Source of the DNA: Pristiophorus japonicus | Lineage: Eukaryota | DNA: 64,000 nucleotides | Direction: 5' to 3' | NCBI RefSeq assembly: GCF_044704955.1 | Contig: NC_091994.1 | Span: 89,838,001-89,902,000 of the forward strand | In this document: in pieces, positions 48,285-60,200 of the stretch | Layout of the letters: each line of letters opens with the position of its first letter | How positions within the stretch are numbered: position 1 is the stretch's first letter | Position numbers and translations under genes: made by a program | Notes under the pieces: generated by a model | Told to the model about the DNA's origin: nothing | The model's input: the letters and a program-made list of their open reading frames with translations, nothing else | Databases searched by the model: none

Positions 48285-49016
48285 GCACACATACGTGCAC
48301 ACACAATCACAGACAGGTGGATAAACAGGAAATGCCAGAAATACACAGCAAATCAGTCTGCAGCTGTAAAGGGAAAAGACTAGTTGATGTTTCGGGTCTA
48401 TCATCCACTCCCAAACGCCGGCAGGAATGATGTCAGGGCAGGTGGGTGGGGGGGGAGTGGGAAGTGTGGTGGTAGTTGAATGCCAGCAGGGATCCAACAG
48501 AACAGTTCCTGACTAGAGGCAAATGTTTGGGCGGGGGATGGGGGGGGGGGGAGGCAGGGAGGCGGGGTGGAGAAGTTGGAGGGGGAAAGGGGGGGGGAGT
48601 AGGGTGTTGCTCAACTGATGCAACGCCGGGGCTGGGGATTACCAAAGATTTCTTGAGAGGTCCAGGGGGAACAATCCTGCTCCTCCTGGGCCCACAAGAA
48701 TTGCACATAAAAGTAGATTTTGTAAACTTACCTTGGCTTCTTCTGGCCGTTCTGCGGACTCCCGCCATGTCGAGTTTGGTCCCATGTGGACCACCCGAAT
48801 CTGTGTTAAAATGAGTTCTCGGCAGTGATCATGTCACCAGGCCACAACTTTTAGATCTGAATGAGACCCTGCAACAGTTTCCTCAGCCGACTTCAAAGTC
48901 TGTGGAGATAAACTGTCGCCGGATGGGACGGTGTGGTCGTGGGCCGGTAAGAGGACTTTGGACGATTTTATCTCTCCCTCGCACCATTCCTGTCAGGTGG
49001 GTGGGGGAATTAAAAT

Positions 49017-49680
49017 CATAGAAACGTACGAGTTAGGAGCAGGAGGAGGCCATGCAGCCCTTCAAGCCTGCTCCGCCATTCGATAAGATCATGGCTGATC
49101 TTCGACCTCAACTCCACTTTCCCACCCAATACCCATATCCCTCGATTCCTCTCGAGTCCAAAAATCTATCTATCTCAGCCTTGAATATACTCAACCACTC
49201 AGCATCCACAGCCCTCTGGGGTAGAGAATTCCAAAGAATCACAACCCACTGAGTGAAGAAATTCCTCCTCATTTCGGTCTTAAATGGCCAACACCTTAGC
49301 CTGAGACAGTGACCCTTAGTTCTAGATTCTCCAGCCAGGGGAAACAACCTCTCAGCGTCTCCACTCAGTATCTTATACGTTTCAATGAGATCACCTCTCA
49401 TTCTCTTAAACTCCAGAGAGTATCGGCCCAATCTACTCAAGCTCTCCTCAAAGGACTGCCCTCTCATTCCAGGGATCAGTCTAGCACACCTTCACTGCAC
49501 CACCTCTAAGGCATGTATGTCCTTTCTCAGGTAAGGAGATCAAAACTGTGCACAGTACTCCAGGTGTGGTCTCACCAAGGCCATGTACAATTGTAGTAAG
49601 ACTTCCTTACTCTTGTACTCCAACCCTTTTACAATAAAGGCCAACATGCCAATTGCCTTCCGAATTGCTTGCTGTACGTA
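49017..49680 (-). mobile_element. CR1 3' fragment
   Basis: ORFs 49540-49803 and 49108-49467. Confidence 0.9.
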
Positions 49681-51309
49681 CAATTTCCCCGTAGGTGCAA
49701 TCGACCCCTTTCCCTCGGTGATAACCTCGTTGCGCACCATTAGCGCCCCCCAGAGGTGCCGAAGGGACAATAACAAAGAGCAATATTGCCTCCATGTGTA
49801 CATGGACTTCAGGTGAAGATGAGGTCAGGCTTGGTTGCGATGTCCTCTGAATTCAAACATTCTGCTGCCGCTCACTGTCCCGATTTGCACATGAAGAACA
49901 GCCACTTGGGCGAGGTACTGGAGAGTGGCCAAGACCCTGTGGGACCTGCACCCCAGCGAGAGTTAGCACTTTCAGGAGGAAAGAGGGATGGAAAGTGGAA
50001 AAGAAACATTGAGGAGAAATTGTTTGGTCCAAAACATCGAGTTGGTGCTGTGTTACCAACTCACAGCCCATAGCTTCTGAATCCATTACACATTGTGATT
50101 TATTGGTTCGAAGATATTTCTGTTGCTTTCCTGAATTGCTTTGACACACCCACTGTTACCATGGCCACCACTGCAATGCTCAATGGTGGCACTATTTTCT
50201 TCAATGATTTAATTGTATCACCTTATACAAATTGCCCATCATTTTACTTTGTTCACCAAGGTGAAGGCAAGTCAATGAGAGTCTGCGAGGACTGCAAGTG
50301 ACGCACATTAACATCTCGGGAAGTTCAAACTGACACTTTCAATAGATGTCAACCATGGACAAAGCACCAAAATAACCAGTGATTCCAAATGAATAAAATA
50401 TTCTTTATTCTGAATATTATGCAGCGACACAGGGGCAACAAGCAATCAGCCACAGATCGCAGCTGTTCCTCCGTGCATACATATTGAAACAGAGTGATGG
50501 ATGCCTCTCCCAGATCAAACATCGCGACAAATAGACAGTGTCCAGCAGCTGCTGACTCTAATTACACATGGTCATATTCACCACTTGACTAATGTTTCCA
50601 AACGTTTTTGATTCTACACTGAAATGACTGTTGGAAATATCAGTCCACGGTCAGTCAATGGGCTGGAATGACATTCCATTGTGTGCTGATTAACCTCTCC
50701 ACTGCACAGAGGAATGTCACACGAGTGGTTTAAGGATTCAGGTCTTGGTGTTATCCACTGTCATTTATAAACGTTTTTCCTGTTTTTGAAAGCCAAGTAA
50801 TATCCACAGGGCACCGTATACCATGAGATGGAGACAGGAACGCACACAGCAATGTACACACAGTATACACACAGCACTGTACAAAGCGATTTAGACACAG
50901 CACTGTACTCAGTGATAACCACAAGGCACTGTATATAGTGATATGCACATTGTACTCAAAACATTGGGCACATTGATTTAGCCTATTTCTCTTTGTTCAC
51001 CCTCCCCTTCAATTTGCTCCATCTGGAGGCAATAACTCATACCTGTACCAGAATATATGTCCCAGGTGCCAACCACCTACTGGTATCTTGTCCAAGTGGA
51101 CATCCTTTACGTGTGAGTGTCGACTCCGAGTGTCAGTTATTCACTATGGAGGCACCAGAGCTGAGCCTCACCCTGTCCTCACACAATATCCACACATACA
51201 CTTTACAATGGGAATCAATGGACAGTGATCGGGGCAAGAACCCTGCTTTTGTTCGACTCTAGCCCCATAGACATTGAGGCAAGTTGTAGCAAACCCTACC
51301 AGCACACCT

Positions 51310-51835
51310 ATTGGGAAAGTTAAGAGGGGACCTTTTAGAGGTCTTCAAAATTCTGAGCGGTGAAAATATAGTGACTAGTGATAGACTAAAGGTGAGATTG
51401 TAATGAGAGGGCACAAATTTAAGATTATCACAATAAAAATTAAAAGGGAGGTCAGAAAAAAGATTCTTTACAGAGAGGGTGATTACGATAGGGAATTCTC
51501 TTCCACAAACCGTTGTTGAAGCGGACTCCAGAAATACTTTAAAAAGGGAATTGGATAGTTACTTGACAAAAAGTTACATTAAAAAAAATCCATGCGCAGG
51601 CATCTCCCACCTTTTAAGATGTAGTTCAGGACCTGGAATATTAGGTCCTTCATTGAAACACCTGTGAACTCGTCGTATTTTTGGCATGGAAGCAAGTCAT
51701 CCTTGTTTTGAGGGACCGCCTATGATGATGACAAACAGGAGTGTGGGGAGTGTGCAGGATGAGACTAGGTGGCCCATCTGGGGGGTAATTACCATTGCTG
51801 ATGGGTTGTTTCTGTGCTGAAACACACTATGATTC
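51310..51835 (+). mobile_element. Old CR1 3' end with truncated RTE-tailed retroposon inserted (~51575-51730)
   Basis: LRGDLLEVFK, NSLPQTVVEA; insert matches 46650-46789. Confidence 0.75.
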
Positions 51836-51885
51836 AGTAATTCTCCGATTCAATAATTCAAACACTCTAAGATTTACGATTCTAA

Positions 51886-52850
51886 GGGGGTAAAATTGCA
51901 TAGCGCCCCCAGGGCAGTAACAGCAGTGAAGCGTGACTTCCTGCGCCAGGCCCAGAGGTCCGGCCCCAGCAGCAAAATTGGGCTTACCCTGGCCAAGAGG
52001 AAGTGGAGCGCAAATTCTCGTGCTCCATTTCGTCTCGGCATCGGGACTGGGGCGTTAACGTTTGGGAATTTTCCAACGCTATGCAGAGAGGCGCGTAACG
52101 CTGGCGGGAGCACAGGGCCCTCCCCTGCCATTAAAGGGGAGGGAACGCTGCGGACTCTGCATTAGGGAGAAGGGGGCCACCACTACGCTGCTGGGAAGCA
52201 GGTTACCATGGAAACAGTCCGGCACAGAAGCGGAGCGCCGGGTTGGAACATCGCGGCACGGACCGCGCGATTTAAAGAGGGCAAGGCCGCGACCGATAAG
52301 TCAGCCATTGAAAAAAATGTCAGCACGCACCTCCCCCCAGGGAGCGCTAACGGGGCACACACGACTTTTCGCCCAGGCGCGGTGCCGCTAACGACTCCTG
52401 CTAACTTCCGCGGGAGTTTAGTGATGGCGGTAAACAGTAGTGCCCCGCTCTGCTAGCGATGACGACATCATCACTGTGCCCAGTGACCCGTTTTCGCCCT
52501 GCAGCAAAAATTCGGTATCGTCCCCTGTGCCAGCAACAGTTTCAGGGGCACGTACATGGCGGCCAGCCGCTCGCTGGACGCTCGTTAAAGGGGAGGTGGC
52601 GTGCGCGTGATTAAAAAATTGGCTGACTTACTTGTGGCAGCCTGCTGCCTCCTTGAATGCGGGGTCAGTGCCGCGATGTGATGGCGCGGCACCCCACTAC
52701 CACCGCGGTGTTCCAGGCCGGGCCCCGCAGAGGCTGCAGTTTGGCCCACCCCCGCCCTTCAATGTAAAGGAAAATTGGGCAAGGTGTATAATGAGGGCCG
52801 ATCCACTCCCACCCAGTTTACTCTCAAGTGGAGATTGTAAGTTCCGCCCG
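51886..52850. mobile_element. GC/CpG-rich non-autonomous DNA transposon remnants
   Basis: Starts GGGGGTAAAATTGC; motifs shared with other MITEs; right end not resolved. Confidence 0.5.
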
Positions 52851-52959
52851 ATGACTATCAGCCTTCGTCTGTGGAGCTCAGTTTAGGGCCTCAGGTTTTC
52901 ACCATATCGACCAAGGAACAGAGAGTAGTGCAGTAAACAGGGCAGATGGGAGCAGGAAG

Positions 52960-53995
52960 TTACAATGAGACATAGATGGATTGAGTGAGTGGCTAAAACT
53001 GACAAATGGTCTTCAATGTGGGGAAGTGTGAGGTCGTCCACTTTGGATTCAAGAAAGACAAATCGGAGTACTTTCTGAATGGTAAGAAATGAGCAGCTTT
53101 GGAGCAGCAAAGAGATTTGAATATCCATGTACACAAATCACTAGAAGCTGGTCGACAGGTACAAAAAGCAACCAAAAAGGCTAATGGAATGTTGGCCTTT
53201 CTCTCAATGTAGCTGGAATACAAAGGGGAGGCGGTTATGCTTCAGTCATCTAATACTTTGGTCAGACCCCCATCTGGAGTATGGTGTTCAGTTCTGGGCA
53301 CCGCATCTCAGGAAGGATATATTGGCCTTGGAGCGGGTGCAACGCAGATTCACCAGAATTATACCAGGACTCAAAGGGTTAAATTATGAGGACTGGTTGA
53401 ATAAACGTGGCTTGTATTCCCTTGAGTATAGATGTTTGAGGAGTGATCTGATTGAGTGTTTAAAATGTTGGAAGGAATCAATAGGGTAGAGGCAGGCCAT
53501 TTAAAGAAGGCAGTAGAAATCTGAAACTCTCTTCCCCCAAAAGGCTGTTGTAATGTATTTGCCTCATGAGTTCTTGCTTAAGAATTCAGAGCAACACATT
53601 GCTATTAAGAACGAGTTGGTTTATTAGCAAAGGTTTAACAATCACACTACACATTACCGGTTCATCCACCGGGCTCACAACCACCTGCCTCATCGTGGAT
53701 CCCTGGAACTCAACTGGCTGGGGTTTTATTGAGTCTTGTGAACATCACATGACTGGCTAAGCCACTCCCAACTCATCAGCTCTACCAACCTGTGAGCATG
53801 CTCACAATGCATGCATTACAGCTGTGGATGCTGGATCAGTGGAAGCTTTCAAAACTGAGATTGATAAATCTTTTTTCCATAAGGGATATGGAGCAAAATG
53901 GAGTAAATGGGGTTGAGCTGCAGACCAGCCATGGTCCAATTGAATAGTGGAACAGGCTCGAGGGGCTGAATGTCCTCCTCCCTGTTTCTATGTAC
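52960..53995 (+). mobile_element. CR1 3' fragment split by solo LTR
   Basis: PHLEYGVQFWAPHLRKDI. Confidence 0.85.
53549..53820 (-). mobile_element. Solo LTR, 272 bp
   Basis: TGTAATG...CATTACA termini, perfect 5-bp TSD GCTGT. Confidence 0.92.
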
Positions 53996-54217
53996 TTAGT
54001 GTCTTACACAATTGAAGCATTGGGGGAAGTGGTCCAGACCATAATTTTCATAAATTTCTGAGGGCATGCGTTGATATTACACCACCTAAACCATCGGCAA
54101 AGAAATCCCACAACTCTAATCATTTACAGGCTATTCCTGTAAGTGATGTAGTTTAGAAAGGTTTAACAAGAAATCCACACACTTTTATGTAGCCATTTAT
54201 AAATGCAGACAGGATAG

Positions 54218-55165
54218 TCACTTGTATTGTGTGCAATTCAGCCACCCACACTTCAGGATGATTCCGATCTTCTTTCTTAATTTGCTGTGCCCTGTCGCCA
54301 CTACCAGTGGATAGAATCCCACAAATCCCGAGGCAGAGAACCTGGCGATAACCAGCATGTAGCGTGTTGAGGAGCTACCCTTAAAATTATAGTAATTCAC
54401 TGAAAAGACATGCGTGCCCCAACAAAAAATAAACAGCAAAATCAGGTACAGGATGGTCTTGGCTGCTTTCCATTCAGAACTGATGTGGTTGCTGGCGAAT
54501 TGGACATCCTGGGTTTTCTTGTAGTTTTTGTAGAGAAATAACAAGGTGGCAGTGTTTGCAAATACCATTAGACTAACGGGGATTGCTTCGTGTATTATGA
54601 CAGAGATCAGTGTGTATGTGAAGCCGCCAATTTCATTTGGAAATGTCCACACACAGCCGAGTAATGGTCTGATAGTGCTACTGATCACCATTAGGTTATT
54701 GGTACTGTTATTCTTTGCGTTGGATGAGTATACCAGGGCAAAGCTCGAGTAGACCAGGCTCAAAGCCCACTCCACCACCATGGCCTGCACAACCCTCCTC
54801 CTCTCATTTAACCTTTCCAACATGCCCCGGCTTGTTCTGATTGTGAGAAAGTGGAACAGGCTTAGACTGAGGGTGACCCAGATGCTTGCTGACCTCAGCC
54901 AGGTCCAGATGAACATCATCAGCTTGCAGCCCTCGTCAGAGAACGAGACAGAGAGTCCAGCGTCGAACGCCAGTAGCAAGGTGTTCCTTGTCACGGAAAG
55001 CAGCAAGTTCGCCACCGCGATGTTCATCAGGATGAGGTCGGATGAGGCAAGGTAACTGTTCTCTCGGGTGGTGTCGGCAGCAATCCAGATAACCAGTGCG
55101 TTTCCCAGGATACCACAGGAAACGAGCAAACCGTATATGAAAACTTGCAGTGGGTGTTCCGCCAT
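54218..55165 (-). CDS. V1R-like olfactory receptor (ORA3-like), 315 aa, single coding exon
   Basis: Seven hydrophobic segments; GILGN, SDLILMNIA.ANLL, WLRSA..W.TL.LS.FH, RPLLGCVW.FP, IHE..P, CWGT...SVNYYN, LVIARF, GHSKLR; acceptor TTATTTCAG|T at 55197/55196. Confidence 0.9.
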   Translation of the reverse strand: MAEHPLQVFIYGLLVSCGILGNALVIWIAADTTRENSYLASSDLILMNIAVANLLLSVTRNTLLLAFDAGLSVSFSDEGCKLMMFIWTWLRSASIWVTLSLSLFHFLTIRTSRGMLERLNERRRVVQAMVVEWALSLVYSSFALVYSSNAKNNSTNNLMVISSTIRPLLGCVWTFPNEIGGFTYTLISVIIHEAIPVSLMVFANTATLLFLYKNYKKTQDVQFASNHISSEWKAAKTILYLILLFIFCWGTHVFSVNYYNFKGSSSTRYMLVIARFSASGFVGFYPLVVATGHSKLRKKIGIILKCGWLNCTQYK

Positions 55166-55611
55166 GTCACATCAGCACCGTGTCTACGGAGGATCACTGA
55201 AATAAGATAGACATGGCAAAGAATTGATACAAGAGTCTTAATGAGGAACCGACCCTCTGAGATCCTTAAACATTGAGGATTTCTTTTGTTTATTCTACAT
55301 TATTGTTCTGTAAATAGTGAGTTCTAAAGGTATCTGACACCCATTTCCTATTCCATACTAAGACCTTCTCGCCCATCATGCTTACCCTCGTCAAACTACA
55401 CTGGCTCTCAGTCTCCAATACATTGCATTTAAAAACCTCGGCCTTGGTTACTAGTCCCTGCATGTCCTCACCACACCCTATGCCTCTGCTCACATCCTCT
55501 CCCTCCAATTCATCTTTGAATGCACAGTCTTCAGCTAACATGCCCCATTCACCCTCCCTTCCTAAATTCCTCACTGCCTCTCTCACCGCCTTTAAAAACT
55601 TCCTTGAAACC

Positions 55612-56572
55612 TTCAGGTTGGCAGGCTGTAACTAGTGGGGTGCCGCAAGGATCGGTGCTGGGGCCTCAACTATTTACAATCTATATTAATGACCTAGATG
55701 AAGGGACCGAGTGTAATGTATCCAAGTTTTCTGACGATACAAAGCTAGGTGGGACAATAAGCTGTGAGGAGAACACAAAGCATCTGCAAAGGGATATAGA
55801 TAGACTTCGTGAGTGGGCTGTAAGGTGGTAGATGGAGTATAATGTAGGGAAATGTGAGGTTATTCACCTTGGTAGGAAGAATTGAAAAACAGAATATTTT
55901 TTAAATGATGAGAAACTTTTAAATATTTGGGTGTTCTTGTTCAAGAAACACAGACAGCTAGCATGCAGGTACAGCAAGCAATAAGGAAGCAAATAGCATG
56001 TTGTTCTTTATTGCAAGGGGGTTGGAGTGTAAGAGCAAAGAAGTCTTGCTACAATTGTACAGGGTCTTGGTGAGACCATATCTGGAGTACCGTACACAGT
56101 TTTGGTCTCCTTATCTAAGGAAGGATATACTTGCCTTGGAGGCGGTGCAACGAAGGTTCACTAGATTGATCCCTGGAGGAGAGGGCTGTCTTATGCTGAG
56201 AGATTGTGTAGAATGAGCCTATATTCTCTGGTGTTTAGATGAATGAGAGGTGATCTCATCGAAACATACAAGGTTCTGAAGGGGTAGATGCTGAGAGGTT
56301 GTTTCCCTTGGCTGGAGTGTCTAGAACTAGAGAGCACAGTCTCAGGATAAGGGTTGGGCCATTTAAGACAGAGATGAGGAGGAATTTCTTCACTCAGAGG
56401 GGTATCTTTGGAAATCTTTGTCCCAGAGGGCAGTGGATGCTGAGTCTCTGAATATATTCAAGGCTGAGATAGATAGAATCAAGGGATATAGAGATAGGGC
56501 CATGATCTTATTAAATGGCGGAGCAGGCTCGAGGGGCTGTATGGCTTACTCCTGCTCCTATTTCTTATGTTC
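55612..56572 (+). mobile_element. CR1 RT/3' fragment within an old L2 3' end
   Basis: [24 protein letters not shown]; L2-like flanks 55330-55610 and 56590-56680. Confidence 0.88.
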
Positions 56573-57271
56573 CAATTTTGTTCTTATTTGATCCCACTTC
56601 TGCTAGCTCCCCGACGTCTCCTATTCCTGCTCAATGCAACACATCAGCATCGGATGCTTTACTATGTTAAAGGTGCTGTACAGCTCTGATTTTCATCAGT
56701 TGTCCCATTAATGCGTGCAATTGGGATACAAGAGCGTAAATATGAGCGGAGATGATTTACGTGCGGCACATATTCTGGTCAAGTTAACGTGAAGCTGCTT
56801 GCTGCACAATTTTACAATATAATATGACATCACCATGCAGTACCCTGGGGTAGGAAAGCCACGAACAGTAGTAAGAAGATGGATCAGAGGAGGCTGAAGA
56901 TGCAACTGCTGAACCTTTTCCAATTATTCATCATGTTCTCATTGACTTTCTCCTTAATTACCCATCCAACCTATTGAGTCAATAGTCCTGCCATCTCTAT
57001 CAGGTCCTCAACAAATATCCAGCACCAAAAGCAGTGTCCAGCACTTTTGAGGCTTGATGTGAAGCAAAATCTTATACGTTCCTCTGCTTTCTAGTGATAA
57101 TCCTGAGGCAATATCAGCTTATTAGGATTTTTCAACCTGTGGAAATCATCTTTCACTGTTTACCCTCTTGCATAATTTTGAAAACCTCTGTTAGCTTCAC
57201 TGTGCCCCAATTATTTGAGCTTTTCTCCATAACTAATCTCTCGACTGGTATCATCCCAATGAACCTGTATT

Positions 57272-57503
57272 AACTGATGCTGACTCTCCCGAATTGACCC
57301 GGGCTGATTCTCCCCGATTACCGCTTGTTGACTCTCCCTGATGAGCCCATGCTGAATTTCCCACATTAACCATGTTTACCCTCTTCAATTGCTCCTGTTG
57401 ACATTACCCCAGGCTAACTCTTCCCGATTACCCTATGCTGACACTCCATAATTACCACAAGTTAACTGTCCTGGAATAATCCATACTGATTCTCTCTGAT
57501 CAA
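57272..57503. repeat. Degenerate ~24-bp minisatellite (CCATGCTGACTCTCCCCAATTAC-like)
   Basis: About 9-10 diverged units. Confidence 0.7.
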
Positions 57504-60069
57504 TCTTTGCTCTTCACTCATTTCATCATTTGGTTGTCCCTATTTTTTTCACCAAATGTTCTCCTTTCTTTCTCTCCCAAAGGTGATGGGTATGGTTCCA
57601 TACACACACCAGGTTTCCTCTGGTACCTTACCTGAGTGACCACTCTTCATGAGCCAACACAGGCTATTCATTTGAGCAGGGCTACACGGGCAGGAATGAT
57701 TAAAGGAAGTGAATTGCTATGGAGGTAATTCTGTGATCAAGCGCTCCCAGTGGGGGAGCTGTCCTTGCAGGGGCTTGAGATGGGTCCTGATTACAGCCCT
57801 GACTCTCCGATCTGTCTCTCTTGTTCCCTGCACATGATTACAGAACTAGACCTTTTTATGGATATAATTATGGACTGTTACATAACTCAAATTGTTATCG
57901 TTGATACACAGAAAGACTTGCTTTTTATGAATGGCCAGGGAATGGTGGACACAATCAGAGTCAGAAAACAACTCATTAACAGTGACTACAACACAGTAAA
58001 GTTTGAAGTAAAAGTTACAATAGAACTAGTGAGCAGTACAACTAAGAATTTTAACTTCAGGAAGGCAGACATTGAAAGAATGAGGAAGGAACATAGAATG
58101 ACAGATTGTTGTACACTGATCGATGGGGTACAGATTTGTAAATGATCACAGACTCATATAACAAACACACTCCAGATTATATAGAGTCCTTTGACAGACT
58201 TGTATCATGGACTCCCTGTAACAGACTCCTAAAGTAAATACATTTTCCAATTTTCTTGTTCGGTGTGACCCCAAAATTTCCCAAATATTCTGAACCTGAA
58301 CCTGAGGGGGCTGAAATTTCCCCTTTCGTTAACGCCTCTGGCCGGTCAGAAAGGGGCGGGCAGGGCTTGTTGTAGAATGGCCACCGATTTTTCGTGGAAT
58401 GGCCGCCGTTCGCGCAATTGCCCTCAAGCATTTATCCGGCGGTGACCATATCCGCCCCACTCCCCCCACTTCCACCCAGCTGCTGCCGAAGCCTCCTAAA
58501 TGCGTCATGAGAGTGTGCACAGCCGATGTCCCACCCCAGAAGCGAAATTCAATTGAGTGCCCATCCAATGTATAGCTGCCATTCCAAATGGATTTCCTCA
58601 AATGGACACAAGGTCCATTGTAGGGCAGCCTGTCAATGTAACAGAGTGTAGTGCTGATTAGAGTAAGTGCGGTGTCTCATCATATTTACCAAATACGCTG
58701 AGGATGTCTATGCTATAACACTTCTTTCTCCACTTGATTCCTTCAATCCAACATTGGACCGCCTGAAAGCAAACATGAGATTTTGACAGGATCCAACAAT
58801 GCTTGCGATTAGCTCAGGGAGGGAGGTATTACTCAGTTAGCATCTTCCCTAACAGGATCCTCCAGAAACCTTCATTAATAGTAACAAAGAATGGGTGACT
58901 TTCACTGAACTCATCTGAGCAAAAAGACATCTAATCACAGAAAGGAAACAATAAAACAGACACCTTCCCTCATCGGTTTGAGATTTTACTTCATCACTCC
59001 CCAGTAAATTTTCCTGTGGGCAGAAGTCAGTGCTGGTGAAATTAGGGAGAAATGCTTGCCTGGAATGCCCTTTCTGCAATTCCACAAAGGCATTAAAATC
59101 CATTTAATATGCACCTTTGTAAAATAGCAGACAACGGAACATCCTCCAAATGTGTACATCCAGTAATATCAATAACAGTAATTTCTAGCCTGTAGTTTCA
59201 CAATGATTTCTGCTGGGAGTATTTAACCAGTGTTCTTACCTGACTGAGCAGTTTGCCCTTTGCTAACCTATGCTTTAGAAATGACTTGTTAGAAATGCTA
59301 AAAGATTGCACAGCTCATTTACTTGTTAATGACTTTTAGTACAGCCCTGTCCGATATATTCCATTTAAGCCCATTCTATAAACTATACACAACTCTCACC
59401 TGGGTCTTTTTTTCTTTACGAAAATGATTGTGATTAAATCCGAGTACAGTGTACTTGTGATGGAGTTTGAGAGCAGTATGTGGATAAACATGTCAGATTT
59501 ATGTACAAATAGCTTAATGCCCACGAGGGATTCCCTTCTATACTGCAGCAATGCATACGTGACAGATCAATTAATTAATGTGTTAGTATTACTGACACAG
59601 CAAACAACATAAGGCAGACACGTTCACATTCCCACTGCTCTGAATTTAGTGCAAAAACTATCACCTAAAATGCTCCTACTGACCTGGTGGGTAAATACAA
59701 CACTCTGGGTGGGCACTAGACCATCACTGTCTAGATTAATCTGACTCACATTTATAGACAAATTAGTTCTTATAGAGAGAGTATGATCCAGGCGAAGAAA
59801 ATTTTACTGAAGAACAGCAAAGAATTGTCCCTTATTCAGGTCTCACACCCCTAGGAGTGGCCAGACTCCTCGGAAATGCCAGACTTCTCCTTCTGGGTCA
59901 GATATGAATCAATAAGCTGCTTTATTTCACAGACAGAAAGTAAACATAGAGAGTAACAATCATGATCGGACACACTTAATTCAATCAGTACTACTTGTCT
60001 TTGCATAGTAATACAAAACAATGAATGCACTATGTTTCCCCACATTACTGGGTCATCTTTGTTTGTGAG

Positions 60070-60200
60070 TGCTGTTGGGGAGAGTTTAAACTAAGTTGGC
60101 AGGGGATGGGCACCAGGATGTAGCATTCGAAAGGAGAAACAAAGGATTGGGAGAGACAGATAGCACTAAAGCAAGAAATAGTAAGGTATTAGGTGGGGTC
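60070..60200 (+). mobile_element. CR1 ORF1-end/inter-ORF fragment (target of Gypsy insertion)
   Basis: GTTGGGGAGAGTTTAAACTAA..TGGCAGGGGATGGG. Confidence 0.6.

Noticed and set aside
50100-50720. Faint ORA-like words (also 43095-43200, 47343-47525)
   Set aside because: Too short and inconsistent to separate from chance
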